Positions 32,514 through 42,345 of a stretch of 64,000 nt of DNA are shown here, one piece after another. How positions within the stretch are numbered: the stretch's first letter is position 1; every line of letters starts with the position of its first letter. A program made the translations under genes and the position numbers. The stretch lies in the NCBI GenBank assembly GCA_028823175.1, contig JAPKBZ010000007.1, forward strand, positions 8,496-72,495, in the 5' to 3' direction. Below the pieces are notes generated by a model, which saw only the letters and a list, made by a program, of their open reading frames with translations, searched no databases and had not been told where the DNA came from. This DNA is from Myxococcota bacterium (GTDB lineage: Bacteria; Myxococcota_A; UBA9160; UBA4427).

Positions 32514-34993
32514 AAGAGTTCGGCCAAGGTGACCCCCTCGCCTCCCTCGTCCTGAGGAGCCGTTCGAAACGCCTTGACCGAGAGGCATTCGGCGAGGAAT
32601 TCGCGTACCGCGGCGCGCAGGGCGCCGGTTCCGATTCCGTGAATGATGCGCAGGCCGACGCAGCCGTCGGCGGCGGCCCGGTCCAGGCTTTCGGAGAGTC
32701 GGCCGAGGGCGGCCTGGACTCGCTCGCCTCGCAGATCGCAGCTCTGGATTCCGCCCCCGAGGATCACCCCGTCCTCCTGGGGCTCCACCCTTTCGACGCG
32801 GACCCGTTGCTCCGGCGCCTTCGTGGGCCCTTCGTCCGGAGTGGGGCGGCCCACCTGCTCGGCGGCCAGAACGAGTTTTTTCCCGCCCACGCGAACCCCG
32901 ACCCGGCCCCTGCGATCGGGCAGGCTTTCGAGGGTTCCGTGGCTGCCCCCGAGAACCCGGAGCGTGTCTCCGGGCCGGGCGCGTCGCCAGTCCACGGGTT
33001 GGAGGCGACTCGCTGGGGCCTTCGGGGCCGGCCCGGCTTCGGCCTGATGCTCCTCGTTGCGCGCCTTCAGGCCCTGGAGTTGATCTCGGGCCTGTGCAGC
33101 TTTCTGGGAGGTGGGACCGCGTTGCAGGTCCCGGATCACTCCGGCGATTTCGGCGTGGGCCTCCTTGAAGGAGGTATTCAGATCCTTTTGCATTTTGAGG
33201 AAGAGTTCGTCGCGTCGCTCCTGCAGGCGCTCCAATTTGGCCCGATAGTCGTCGCGGACGCTTTCTCCTTCTGCGCGAATCCGGGAGGCCTTTTCCGTTT
33301 CGCTCGCCAGGGTGGCACGACTGGTGGCCAGCTCGCTCAACATGCGTTCGAGCTTGCGGTCATCGCGGTCGAGCAGGGCATCGGCCCGGGCGAGGACATC
33401 GCTGGGCATTCCCATGCGCGCCGCGACAGCCGAGGCCGATGAAACGCCGGGTGCTCCGATCTGGATCCGGTAGGTGGGGGCGAGGCTCTTGGGGTCGAAT
33501 TCGACGCAAGCGTTCTGGAAGCGCGAGTCGACGTCGGCCATCTCCTTGAGCAGGTTGTAGTGGGTCGTGGTAATCACACGGGCCCCGCGATCGGCAAGGC
33601 TCTCGAGAATCGATTGGGCCAGGGCGGCGCCCTCCCCGGGGTCCGTGCCCACGCCGATCTCGTCGAGGACGATGAGGGAGTGCGGACCGGCGCGGCCAAC
33701 GATGTCCGCGAGATTCGCCATGTGCGCGGAGAAGGTCGAGAGGCTTTCCTCGATATTTTGATGATCTCCGATATCTGCCAGCAAGTACTCGATGGCGTCG
33801 ACCCGGGCGCCGGCTTCGCAGGGGACATGGAGTCCTGCTCGGACGAAGAGCGCCGCGAGTCCCACGGCCTTCATGGCGACGGTCTTGCCCCCGGCATTGG
33901 GGCCCGAGAGGACGAGGACGGAGAAGGGGTCGCCTAGACGCAGATCGTTGGCGACGCAGTCTTCCCGGTCGATCAGGGGGTGACGGAGCCCGGGCAACTC
34001 GAAAACCGCACCCTCGTCGACCTGGGGAGAGGTAGCGTCCATCGTGACCGAGAGCCTGCCCCGGGCAAAGGCCAGGTCGATGCGAGCAAGAGCGTCGAGT
34101 CCGCTCCGGATCGGACCCGAAACCTGAGCCACGGCGCTCGAGAGCTCCTCGAGGACGCGCCGAATTTCTCGGCTGACATCGAGCTCGGCTTTTTTGAGTC
34201 GATTATTCACCTCGATGACCGCTTCGGGTTCGACGAAGAGCGTCGTCCCCGAGCGCGAGGCATCGTGAACAATGCCGCTGACCCGGCCCCTGAAATCCGC
34301 TTTGACCGGGAGCACGTAGCGATCGTTGCGCACGGTGTAGTAGGAGTCGGAGAGGTGCCGACTGATCTCCGGGTCGCGGACGTAGCGCTCGAGGCGTTTC
34401 TGAAGGTCGCGCGAGAGCTGAAGGATTTCGCGGCGTGCGGCGGCTAGCCGGGGTGAAGCCCGATCGAGAACCTCTCCGGAGGGGTCGATGCAGTGCTCGA
34501 TCTCTTTTTCGAGTTCGCCCTGCTCCTCGATCTGTTCGCAGGCCTCGGCCAGTGTGGGTGCCTGCTCGGCGTTGCGCCGAAAGAAGCGGGCGGTCAGCCG
34601 CAGGGTCGCCAGGGTCGAAGCGATCTCGACGAGTTCCGGAATTTCCAGCAGGGCACCCTTCTCGGCTCGGGAGAGGGGGTGGGCGAGGTCGGCTGTGGCA
34701 CCCAGGGGCGGGGCGAGCTCGGCATCGAGCAGGCTCCGGGCCTCGTCGGTTTCCTGGAGTTTTTTACGCAGTCCCTGCAGGGTGGGCTCGAAAAGATGCG
34801 CTGGCTTCAGGGGACGGAAGCGCGTTGCGACCCCGGCGGTTGCAGTCCCAGCGGAATTTTCGCCTGGCGGGTTGCTCGCGGCTTCGTCGAGCCATTTTCG
34901 GCCCTGGGCCGTACGGCACTGATCCCGCAGTCGTTCGACCACCTTGGGCCATTCGAGGGCTTCAAGAGTCTCCTGGGCGACGCGAAATGACAT
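32510..34993 (-). CDS. mutS2: Endonuclease MutS2
   Basis: Walker A SGPNAGGKTVAMK, DEIGVGTDP, a long coiled-coil and a C-terminal Smr domain (LRIIHGIGTGALR). Confidence 0.92.
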   Translation of the reverse strand: MSFRVAQETLEALEWPKVVERLRDQCRTAQGRKWLDEAASNPPGENSAGTATAGVATRFRPLKPAHLFEPTLQGLRKKLQETDEARSLLDAELAPPLGATADLAHPLSRAEKGALLEIPELVEIASTLATLRLTARFFRRNAEQAPTLAEACEQIEEQGELEKEIEHCIDPSGEVLDRASPRLAAARREILQLSRDLQKRLERYVRDPEISRHLSDSYYTVRNDRYVLPVKADFRGRVSGIVHDASRSGTTLFVEPEAVIEVNNRLKKAELDVSREIRRVLEELSSAVAQVSGPIRSGLDALARIDLAFARGRLSVTMDATSPQVDEGAVFELPGLRHPLIDREDCVANDLRLGDPFSVLVLSGPNAGGKTVAMKAVGLAALFVRAGLHVPCEAGARVDAIEYLLADIGDHQNIEESLSTFSAHMANLADIVGRAGPHSLIVLDEIGVGTDPGEGAALAQSILESLADRGARVITTTHYNLLKEMADVDSRFQNACVEFDPKSLAPTYRIQIGAPGVSSASAVAARMGMPSDVLARADALLDRDDRKLERMLSELATSRATLASETEKASRIRAEGESVRDDYRAKLERLQERRDELFLKMQKDLNTSFKEAHAEIAGVIRDLQRGPTSQKAAQARDQLQGLKARNEEHQAEAGPAPKAPASRLQPVDWRRARPGDTLRVLGGSHGTLESLPDRRGRVGVRVGGKKLVLAAEQVGRPTPDEGPTKAPEQRVRVERVEPQEDGVILGGGIQSCDLRGERVQAALGRLSESLDRAAADGCVGLRIIHGIGTGALRAAVREFLAECLSVKAFRTAPQDEGGEGVTLAELF

Positions 34994-35067
34994 GGCACGA
35001 GTGTAGCGATGCCCCGGGGCTGACGGTTGGGCTCAAATCTTTTCGACTTTTGTCCGAAGACACTCCT

Positions 35068-35901
35068 ATGCCCTCAAAACCCCAAAAAATGCCCACAGAG
35101 GCCACCCTCGACGCGGCGCGCGACCTGGATCGTCTCGCAAGCAGTGACGTGTTGGCCCTGATCCACCAGCAGGATGCTTGCGCGCATGCTGCGGTGGGGC
35201 GCTGCCTCCCGCAAATGGAAGAGGCGGTGGATGTACTGGCCACGGCGATTTTGGGGGGCGGGCGTTGGTTTAACGTGGGCGCCGGAACGAGTGGTCGCCT
35301 CGGGGTGCTGGATGCTTCTGAAATTCCGCCCACCTATGGCATGAGCCCGAAGGTTGTACAGGCCCTGATCGCTGGGGGAGAGCGAGCCTTGCGACACCCG
35401 GTAGAGGGCGCCGAGGACGATGAAAACGCAGCAGCTTTCGAGCTGGCAGAGCGAGGGCTGGCCCCCGGCGACGTCGTGGTCGGGATCTCTGCGAGTGGCC
35501 GAACCCCCTATGTCATTGGAGCGATGGAAGCGGCCCGGGAAGTCGGGGCCCGCCGTATCGCGATCACCTGCGACCGGGATTCGCGACTGGCCGAGTACGG
35601 AGAGGTTGCCATCGTGCCCGAAGTGGGCCCAGAGGTCGTGGCGGGCTCGACTCGTATGAAAGGCGGCCTGGCCCAGAAGATGATTCTCGCGGCGTTGTCC
35701 ACGGCCGTCATGGTGAAGCTCGGGAAGGTGCGCGGAAATTTCATGACCCACGTGACGCCGGTTTCCAGCAAGTTGCGCGGCCGAGCCGTTCGCATCGTGA
35801 TGGAGATTGCCGGGGTGGACCGCGCTCGTGCGCGTTCCCTCCTGCGCGAAAACGAGGGGAGCGTTGAACGGGCGCTCGAAGCTCTTCAGCGCCAGGCCTA
35901 G
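35068..35901 (+). CDS. murQ: N-acetylmuramic acid 6-phosphate etherase
   Basis: SIS domain (GAGTSGRLGVLDASE, ISASGRTPYV, GSTRMKGGLAQKMIL). ATG 35068. The upstream 211 codons of the ORF are antisense to mutS2. Confidence 0.88.
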   Translation: MPSKPQKMPTEATLDAARDLDRLASSDVLALIHQQDACAHAAVGRCLPQMEEAVDVLATAILGGGRWFNVGAGTSGRLGVLDASEIPPTYGMSPKVVQALIAGGERALRHPVEGAEDDENAAAFELAERGLAPGDVVVGISASGRTPYVIGAMEAAREVGARRIAITCDRDSRLAEYGEVAIVPEVGPEVVAGSTRMKGGLAQKMILAALSTAVMVKLGKVRGNFMTHVTPVSSKLRGRAVRIVMEIAGVDRARARSLLRENEGSVERALEALQRQA

Positions 35902-35931
35902 GAGGGTGGCCCGGGTATTCTACTAGAGCTT

Positions 35932-36726
35932 CTAGAGGCGAAAATGCCTCCGAATCAGATCGAGGCTGACTCGGTCGGGCAAGACCCGGCGGGCAAAGGG
36001 CACCAGCCAGGCGCTGTCGCCCACGGTATATCGGGCCCGGGGCCGACGAACAGTCAGGGCTCGGGCGATGCATCGCGCCACATCAGTGGCCGGAGGGGCT
36101 TTAGGGAGAGAATCGCGGATCGCCCCCTCGGCTCGGTCCAGTTGTTCCCTGTAGGCGGATGCTTCGGGCGAAGTTTCCCAGCGCATGGCGTCGTTGAAGG
36201 GGGTGTCGATGTCACCCGGTTCGATCAGGGAAACCGCGACACCAAAGGCCACCAATTCGTTGCGGAGTGCACCGCTGAGCGCATCGATGGCTGCCTTGCT
36301 CGCCGAGTAGTGGGCCTGAAAGGGGATCGGTGCGCGACCGGAAAGAGAGCCCACCAGCAGAATCCTCCCCTGCCTCCGCTTGCGTAGAGGGGGAAGGACG
36401 CAACGGAGGACCCGCAGCACCCCAAAGAAATTCGTTTCGAATTGAGCTTGGGCGTCCTCGATGCTGACATCCTCCACCGCACCGTAGATTCCCATGCCGG
36501 CATTGCAAACGACGGCGTCGAGTTGGCCCGCTTGGGCGAGGACTTCCTCGACCCCTTTTCGCACCGAGGCCTCATCGCAGACATCCATTACGACGAAGTG
36601 CACGCCGGCTTCGTCCTTACGCGGCTTGCGACTGGTCCCGAAGACCTGCCAGCCAAGTTTCGCGAGATGGGTCGCGGTGGTCAGTCCGATTCCCGACGAG
36701 GCGCCCGTGATCAGGACCGATCCCAT
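35932..36726 (-). CDS. SDR family oxidoreductase
   Basis: TGASSGIG, NAG and YSASKAA motifs. ATGA overlap with the upstream SDR. Confidence 0.85.
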   Translation of the reverse strand: MGSVLITGASSGIGLTTATHLAKLGWQVFGTSRKPRKDEAGVHFVVMDVCDEASVRKGVEEVLAQAGQLDAVVCNAGMGIYGAVEDVSIEDAQAQFETNFFGVLRVLRCVLPPLRKRRQGRILLVGSLSGRAPIPFQAHYSASKAAIDALSGALRNELVAFGVAVSLIEPGDIDTPFNDAMRWETSPEASAYREQLDRAEGAIRDSLPKAPPATDVARCIARALTVRRPRARYTVGDSAWLVPFARRVLPDRVSLDLIRRHFRL

Positions 36727-37493
36727 CAGGCGCTTCCGATCAACACGCCAGCTTCGACGGGAACGACATGGCCGGTAATGAGATCGGGCCCGCTGATGAG
36801 GGCGAAGATGGCTTCGGCGACGTCTTTGGGTGTACTCACCCGCCCCAGCGGTGAGCGTGAAGCCACGATGCCCTTGATGGTTTCATACTGTTCGCCGAGG
36901 GAGTCGCGCAGCCAACTCCCATCGATGAACCCCGGAGCAACGGCATTGACGCGCACGTCCGGCCCCAGAACGCGAGCCAGGGTAATCGTGAGGTTATTCA
37001 GCCCAGCCTTCGATGCGCAATAGGGGATCGATGTGCCGGTCCCGATCAGGCCAGCGACGCTCGATGTCATGACGACCTCGCCCCCCCCGTCGCCGCAAAG
37101 CAGGGTTCGTGCTGCCCGGGTGCACTGGAAGGCACCCCGTAGGTTAACGCCGAGAATATTGTCCCAGTCTTCTTCCGTGACCGCTTCGAGATCATCGTGA
37201 GGGATGAAGCGCGTTGTTCCCGCGTTGTTCACGAGAATATCAAGTCGCCCAAAGAGGCGTCCGGCTTCTTCCACCATGGCTCGGCAGTCGCTGTCGTCGG
37301 ATACGTCGGCCCTGAAGGCGGCGGCATTGACCCCCTTGGTGGTGGCGAGGGCGGCGACCTCTTCGGCGGCTTCCTGGGAACGGCTGTAGTTGACCAGCAC
37401 GTCACACCCCGCCTCGGCAAGGCGTAGCACCGTGGCCCGGCCTACCCCGGTGCCCCCTCCAGTGATAATGGCGGCCTTGCCTTCGATATTCAT
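36726..37493 (-). CDS. SDR family oxidoreductase (FabG-like)
   Basis: ITGGGTGVG, NNAG and YCASKAG motifs. Confidence 0.85.
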   Translation of the reverse strand: MNIEGKAAIITGGGTGVGRATVLRLAEAGCDVLVNYSRSQEAAEEVAALATTKGVNAAAFRADVSDDSDCRAMVEEAGRLFGRLDILVNNAGTTRFIPHDDLEAVTEEDWDNILGVNLRGAFQCTRAARTLLCGDGGGEVVMTSSVAGLIGTGTSIPYCASKAGLNNLTITLARVLGPDVRVNAVAPGFIDGSWLRDSLGEQYETIKGIVASRSPLGRVSTPKDVAEAIFALISGPDLITGHVVPVEAGVLIGSA

Positions 37494-37542
37494 TTGCCTC
37501 GTTCCCCCTGTCGATTCGCTTACCCGGCTTCATCCGGATAGG

Positions 37543-37565
37543 CCCCGAAGCCATTGGCTTCGGGG
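37543..37565. promoter_or_regulatory. Perfect 10-bp-arm palindrome (ccccgaagcc att ggcttcgggg) in a divergent promoter region
   Basis: Read directly. It lies between the divergently transcribed SDR (start 37493) and acyl-CoA dehydrogenase (start 37702). No T-run is present on either strand, so it is not a terminator. Confidence 0.3.
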
Positions 37566-37701
37566 TTCAGCCTAGTTTACCCGCCCCCAGCAGACGGCTA
37601 CCCTCGTTTTCTAGGCTTTCCAAAACCAGGGGCATCAGATTGCCCCCCGCGAGTTCGATTTTGCCGAATTCGGGCAATGCTAACGAGGGAAGAGGGTCTC
37701 C

Positions 37702-38850
37702 ATGCGCCGTGAAATCTTCAGCGACGAGCACGATCATTTTCGAGCCGAGGTCAGGCGTTTTGTGGGCGCGGAGATCGTGCCATATCTCGACGAGTGGAAC
37801 GCAAACGGCCAATGCGACCGGGATATCTGGAGAAAAATGGGCGCTGCGGGTTTTCTCGGCGCCAACGCGCCCGAAGTCTACGGGGGGGGAGGAGTCGACT
37901 TCCTCTTCGATGCGGTGGTGATGGAAGAACTCGCGTACCACCGGGCCCATACGCCCCAGGTCTCGGTGCACTCGGATATCTGCATGCCCTATCTGGCGAC
38001 CTTCGGTAGCGAGGCGCAAAAAGAGAAGTTCCTGGCCCCGGCCATCTCGGGCGAGTGTGTGCTGGCGATCGCGATGACCGAACCCGGCACCGGCTCGGAT
38101 CTCGCCGCCGTTCAGACCCGGGCGATCCGCGACGGCGACGAGTATGTGATCAACGGAGCCAAGACCTTCATCTCGAACGGCCAAAGCTGCGACATGGTCA
38201 TCGTGGTGGCGAAGACTGACCCCGAAGCGTCTCCGCCTCACCGCGGCATCAGCCTACTTTTGGTGGAGGCCGGTACTCCCGGCTTCGAGCGGGGGCGCAA
38301 CCTCGCCAAGCTGGGACTCAAGGGGCAGGACACCAGTGAACTCTTCTTCAAGGATTGCCGGGTGCCGGCCGAAAACCTGCTGGGGGCCGAGGGGCGGGGT
38401 TTCAAGATGCTGATGGAGAAGCTGCAACAGGAGCGTCTTTGTATCGGCGTGGGCTCCATTGCTTCTTGCCGCCGCTCCCTGGACGATACCCTCGACTATG
38501 TAAAGAACCGCAAGGCCTTCGGTCAGCCCATTGGCCAATTCCAAAATACCCAATTCAAGCTGGCGGAACTCGCTTCCCAGGTCGAGATCGGACAGGCCTT
38601 CGTGGACAAGTTGTTGGCCGCCCACGTTCGTGGGGAAGACATCGTTTCCGAGGTGAGCATGTCGAAATGGTGGACCACGGACCTTCAGCGAAAACTCTCA
38701 GCGGAATGTCTACAGCTTTTCGGGGGCTACGGGTTCATGTCGGAATACCCGATCTCCCAGGACTATGCGGACGCAGCTGTGCAGACGATCTATGCCGGGA
38801 CCAACGAGGTGATGAAGATGATCATCGCCCGAAAATTGGGTCTTGGCTGA
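37702..38850 (+). CDS. Acyl-CoA dehydrogenase
   Basis: Typical ACAD sequence throughout (AMTEPGTGSDLA, GFKMLMEKLQQERL, YAGTNEVMKMIIAR). Confidence 0.9.
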   Translation: MRREIFSDEHDHFRAEVRRFVGAEIVPYLDEWNANGQCDRDIWRKMGAAGFLGANAPEVYGGGGVDFLFDAVVMEELAYHRAHTPQVSVHSDICMPYLATFGSEAQKEKFLAPAISGECVLAIAMTEPGTGSDLAAVQTRAIRDGDEYVINGAKTFISNGQSCDMVIVVAKTDPEASPPHRGISLLLVEAGTPGFERGRNLAKLGLKGQDTSELFFKDCRVPAENLLGAEGRGFKMLMEKLQQERLCIGVGSIASCRRSLDDTLDYVKNRKAFGQPIGQFQNTQFKLAELASQVEIGQAFVDKLLAAHVRGEDIVSEVSMSKWWTTDLQRKLSAECLQLFGGYGFMSEYPISQDYADAAVQTIYAGTNEVMKMIIARKLGLG

Positions 38851-39097
38851 GAAGTGCCGGCGCTTCGGGCGGCTCGAATTGAAGCCAGTCCGCCACGAGA
38901 TCGTCGACCTCGAAGGCATCTTCGGTCTGCTCGCTCGCGAGCAGAACCAGATCGACGATCTGACTCTCGTGGATCGGACCTGGCTCGAGCGCTTCGCTGT
39001 TTTGGGTTCGCTCCGGCGACATCTTTTTCCCCTTTTCAGGGAGGAAATGCAGATCGCGTGCCAGTGCTTTCGGGACGCCGGAATCGAGGTTTCGTAA
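38843..39097 (+). CDS. Hypothetical small protein (84 aa)
   Basis: The TTG start overlaps the ACAD stop by 8 nt. The plus frame shows strong GC3 bias. The competing minus-strand ORF (38822-39022) does not look better. No domain recognised. Confidence 0.35.
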   Translation: MAEKCRRFGRLELKPVRHEIVDLEGIFGLLAREQNQIDDLTLVDRTWLERFAVLGSLRRHLFPLFREEMQIACQCFRDAGIEVS

Positions 39098-39309
39098 ACG
39101 CTCGGAGCCTTATAAAACAGGGGGTTGTACCAATTTATGCGAATTCGGTTGAGCCTTAAAAAGCGTCCAGGGAGCTCCGAAAGGTCGGATTTCTGACGCG
39201 GGGAACGGGGATCCGACGCATTCCGCTTGGGCCCCGGGGATTGCTAAGGTCGCGGGACGCGGCGAGTCGCCGATGAAGAAATCCTCAACCCACCGGGAGA
39301 CTAGCGACG

Positions 39310-39579
39310 ATGGCCGAAGCCGAGGCTCTGATTCTTTACCATTTCGAAGCCTGCTCCTTTTGCGCCGTGGTGCGATCCGCCGCCGACGGTCTCGGAGTGG
39401 AACTCGAATTGCGCGATATCCGCAAAAATCAGAACTATGCCCGTGAGTTGGCGGAGGCGATGGGGCGGATGACCGTGCCGGTGCTTCATATCGAGGGAAG
39501 CGAAGGTGACGAAGGGGGCGGCCAGTGGTTGCCCGAGTCCGCAGATATCATCGAGTATCTTAAGCAGCGCTTCCGCTGA
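39310..39579 (+). CDS. Glutaredoxin-family thioredoxin-fold protein
   Basis: LILYHFEACSFCAVV (CxxC), TVPVL and a C-terminal helix; 89 aa. Confidence 0.75.
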   Translation: MAEAEALILYHFEACSFCAVVRSAADGLGVELELRDIRKNQNYARELAEAMGRMTVPVLHIEGSEGDEGGGQWLPESADIIEYLKQRFR

Positions 39580-39644
39580 TCGGAAAGCACCCCGCCTGGG
39601 GCCCGATAGATAGGCCGAAAAGAAACCAAAGGAGAGCCGAAGGA

Positions 39645-40424
39645 ATGCCCGAGTTCTGCAGGAGTGAAAGCGATGGCCCGGTCCTGACCGTAACGATAGA
39701 TCGGCCGGAGGTGATGAATTCTCTGCACCCGGCGGCCAATTTTGAATTGGCGGAAATTTTCGATGAATTCGTAGCCAACCCAGACCTTTGGGTCGCGATC
39801 ATTACCGGCGAGGGCGACCGCGCCTTTTCCGCCGGCAACGATCTGAAATTTCAGGCGAGCGAGGGAGGCGGGGCGATCAAGGGGCCGCCGACGGGTTTCG
39901 GGGGGTTGACTTCGCGCTTCGACAATTCGAAGCCGGTGATTGCTGCGGTGAATGGCGTTGCGATGGGAGGTGGATTCGAAATCGCGCTCGCCTGTGATTT
40001 GATCGTGGCTTCGGAGAACGCGATCTTCGCGCTCCCCGAACCCAGGGTGGGGTTGGCGGCTTTGGCCGGGGGAGTGCACAGGCTTCCCCGCCAGATCGGA
40101 CTCAAGCGCGCGATGGGAATGCTGCTCACCGGGAGAAGAGTTGCCGCGTCCGAGGGTCTCGAACTCGGCTTCGTGAATGAGGTGGTGCCGGCGGGGCAGG
40201 CGCTGGAGGCGGCCCGTCGTTGGGCGGACCAGATCGTAGAGTGTGCTCCGCTCTCAGTGCGGGGGAGCAAGCAGGCTGCCATGGGCGGGTTGGGCAAGGC
40301 CACATTGGAGGAGGCCGTGGCCGGACACTACCCGCTTCTGGGCGAAATGATAAAGAGCGAGGATTTTGTGGAAGGGCCCTTGGCCTTCGCGCAGAAGCGC
40401 AAGCCGAACTGGAAAGGGCGCTGA
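39645..40424 (+). CDS. Enoyl-CoA hydratase/isomerase (crotonase) family
   Basis: AFSAGNDLK, AAVNGVAMGGGFEIALACD and EGPLAFAQKRKPNW motifs. Confidence 0.88.
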   Translation: MPEFCRSESDGPVLTVTIDRPEVMNSLHPAANFELAEIFDEFVANPDLWVAIITGEGDRAFSAGNDLKFQASEGGGAIKGPPTGFGGLTSRFDNSKPVIAAVNGVAMGGGFEIALACDLIVASENAIFALPEPRVGLAALAGGVHRLPRQIGLKRAMGMLLTGRRVAASEGLELGFVNEVVPAGQALEAARRWADQIVECAPLSVRGSKQAAMGGLGKATLEEAVAGHYPLLGEMIKSEDFVEGPLAFAQKRKPNWKGR

Positions 40425-40454
40425 TCACGTTTCAGCAAGGCCCGCCCGTCGCTT

Positions 40455-41315
40455 TCAGTCGTGCTCGTAGCGCGCTTGCTCCCGGTTGTATTCGGGGAAC
40501 CCAACGGCTTCTCGCAGATCCTCAAAGTCCATGATTTCAGAAGCGGGTTGGCCGGCTGAGAGCTCCGCGAGGGCCTGGTTCATGGCGCGGACGGCGCTCG
40601 AGAGAAGCGTCAGCGGATAGGCGGCGATCGAGTAGCCGAGGGCCTCGAGGCGGGCCGGCGGCAGCAGCGGGGTGTCTCCCTGCTCGACCATATTGGCCAT
40701 CTTGGGTCCGGGGATTTCCCGGCAAAGCCGCTCCATCTCCGCCTCGGAGTGGGGTGCCTCGAAAAACGTGATATCGGCGCCGAGATCGACGAAGGCCTTA
40801 CAGCGTTCGAGGGCCTCGTCGAAGCCATGGGCATGTCGGGCGTCGGTTCGCGCCATGATGAGGGTGTCGGCGCCCTCCTCCCGGGCATCCACCGCTGCGC
40901 GCACTCGGGCCATGGCCTCCTCCCGCCCCACGACCTGTTTGCCCCGAGTATGTCCGCAGCGTTTTGGCGCGAGTTGGTCCTCGATCATCGTGCAGGCGAA
41001 ACCCGCGGCCGCATAGCCGCGTACGGTGCGCTTGGCGTTGACCGGGTTGCCGTAGCCGGTATCGGCATCCCCGATCACCGGGAGCGAAATGGCTTGGCAG
41101 ATATCACGGCCTTGATCGACCATTTCCCCGTAGGAAATGAGGCCGGTATCGGGTAGGGCGAGCCGAGCGGCACTGACAGCGAAGCCACTCATGAAGGTCA
41201 GCTCGAAGCCGGCGCGTTCGATCAAACGGGCCGACAGAGCGTCGAAGCAGCATGGCATGACATGACATCGATCGGCCTCGAGTAGTTTTCGAAGCCGTTG
41301 CGCCGGAGATTTCAT
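40455..41315 (-). CDS. Isocitrate lyase/PEP mutase family enzyme (methylisocitrate lyase / carboxyvinyl-carboxyphosphonate phosphorylmutase-like)
   Basis: Motifs MPCCFDALSARLIE, GDADTGYG, IEDQLAPKRCGH and ARTDA. Confidence 0.85.
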   Translation of the reverse strand: MKSPAQRLRKLLEADRCHVMPCCFDALSARLIERAGFELTFMSGFAVSAARLALPDTGLISYGEMVDQGRDICQAISLPVIGDADTGYGNPVNAKRTVRGYAAAGFACTMIEDQLAPKRCGHTRGKQVVGREEAMARVRAAVDAREEGADTLIMARTDARHAHGFDEALERCKAFVDLGADITFFEAPHSEAEMERLCREIPGPKMANMVEQGDTPLLPPARLEALGYSIAAYPLTLLSSAVRAMNQALAELSAGQPASEIMDFEDLREAVGFPEYNREQARYEHD

Positions 41316-41475
41316 TCCCCACTCCCCTGGTTGGTCCCCTCTGTTTTCGAACCCCCGGACTGTAGCCCGGCGCGCCCAGCCGGGAAGAGGCGGGAGTTGC
41401 GCGCGAAATTCGCACCCTACGTTGGATTCTATATCATGCCGCTTCCCCGCTTAGGGCATTCAAGAGAGACGAACC

Positions 41476-42327
41476 ATGCAAGATGCGCTGGACAGCCTTG
41501 TCGATATCCTTGACCTCGAGGAACTCGAGCTCAATCTCTTTCGAGGGCGCAGCCCCCAGGAAGACAAGCAGCGTGTTTTCGGCGGTCAGGTCGCCGGGCA
41601 GGCACTGGTCGCCGCGGGGAGGACTGTCGAGGGCAGGCAGATTCACTCACTTCATTCCTATTTTCTCCGGCCGGGCGATCCGCGAGTTCCCATCATCTAC
41701 CAGGTGGATCGCCTGCGTGACGGTCGCAGCTTCACCACGCGACGAGTGACCGGCATTCAACATGGGCAGGCCATCTTTGCCTTGGCAGCTTCATTCCAGG
41801 TGGACGAGGGGGGCGTCGAGCACCAGGCAGAGATGCCCTCCGCCACGCAACCGGAGGAGCTGCCCGACCGGGAACAGCGCGTCGCCGAGATGCGGGCCAA
41901 GGGCGAAGAGGTGGACGATTGGATGCTCTTCGGTGCGGCGTTGGATACCCGCTACGTCGATTCCATGGATTACTCGGGGAAGACCGAGCAGGAACCCCAG
42001 TGGCGGGTATGGCTCAGGGCCAACGGACAACTGCCCGATGATCCTCTCTTGCACCGATGCGTGGCTGCTTACGCCTCCGACATGACGCTTCTTGATACGG
42101 CGCTGCGCCCGCATCGGATGGCAATGGATGAGAGCATGCAGGTGGCGAGCCTCGACCATGCGATGTGGTTCCACCGCCCCTTTCGGGCGGATGAATGGCT
42201 GCTCTACGCCCACGAGAGTCCATCGATGTCGAGTTCCCGAGGTTTTACGACCGGACGCTTCTTTACCCGGAGCGGAAAGCTGGTGATCTCGGTGGTCCAG
42301 GAGGGCCTCCTCCGCGATCGTCGCTGA
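41476..42327 (+). CDS. tesB: Acyl-CoA thioesterase II
   Basis: LDLEELELNLFRG, RVFGGQVAGQAL and double hot-dog length with HSLHSYFLRPGD. Confidence 0.88.
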   Translation: MQDALDSLVDILDLEELELNLFRGRSPQEDKQRVFGGQVAGQALVAAGRTVEGRQIHSLHSYFLRPGDPRVPIIYQVDRLRDGRSFTTRRVTGIQHGQAIFALAASFQVDEGGVEHQAEMPSATQPEELPDREQRVAEMRAKGEEVDDWMLFGAALDTRYVDSMDYSGKTEQEPQWRVWLRANGQLPDDPLLHRCVAAYASDMTLLDTALRPHRMAMDESMQVASLDHAMWFHRPFRADEWLLYAHESPSMSSSRGFTTGRFFTRSGKLVISVVQEGLLRDRR

Positions 42328-42345
42328 TGCCTACTCCACTGAAAA

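Noticed and set aside
34435-35067. N-terminal 211 codons of the 488-aa ORF that contains murQ
   Set aside because: This region is antisense to mutS2 and Arg/Pro-rich. MurQ homology starts at ATG 35068, giving the normal size of about 277 aa.
37567-38241. 224-aa minus-strand ORF inside the acyl-CoA dehydrogenase gene
   Set aside because: It is antisense to a gene with unambiguous ACAD motifs and has no motifs of its own.
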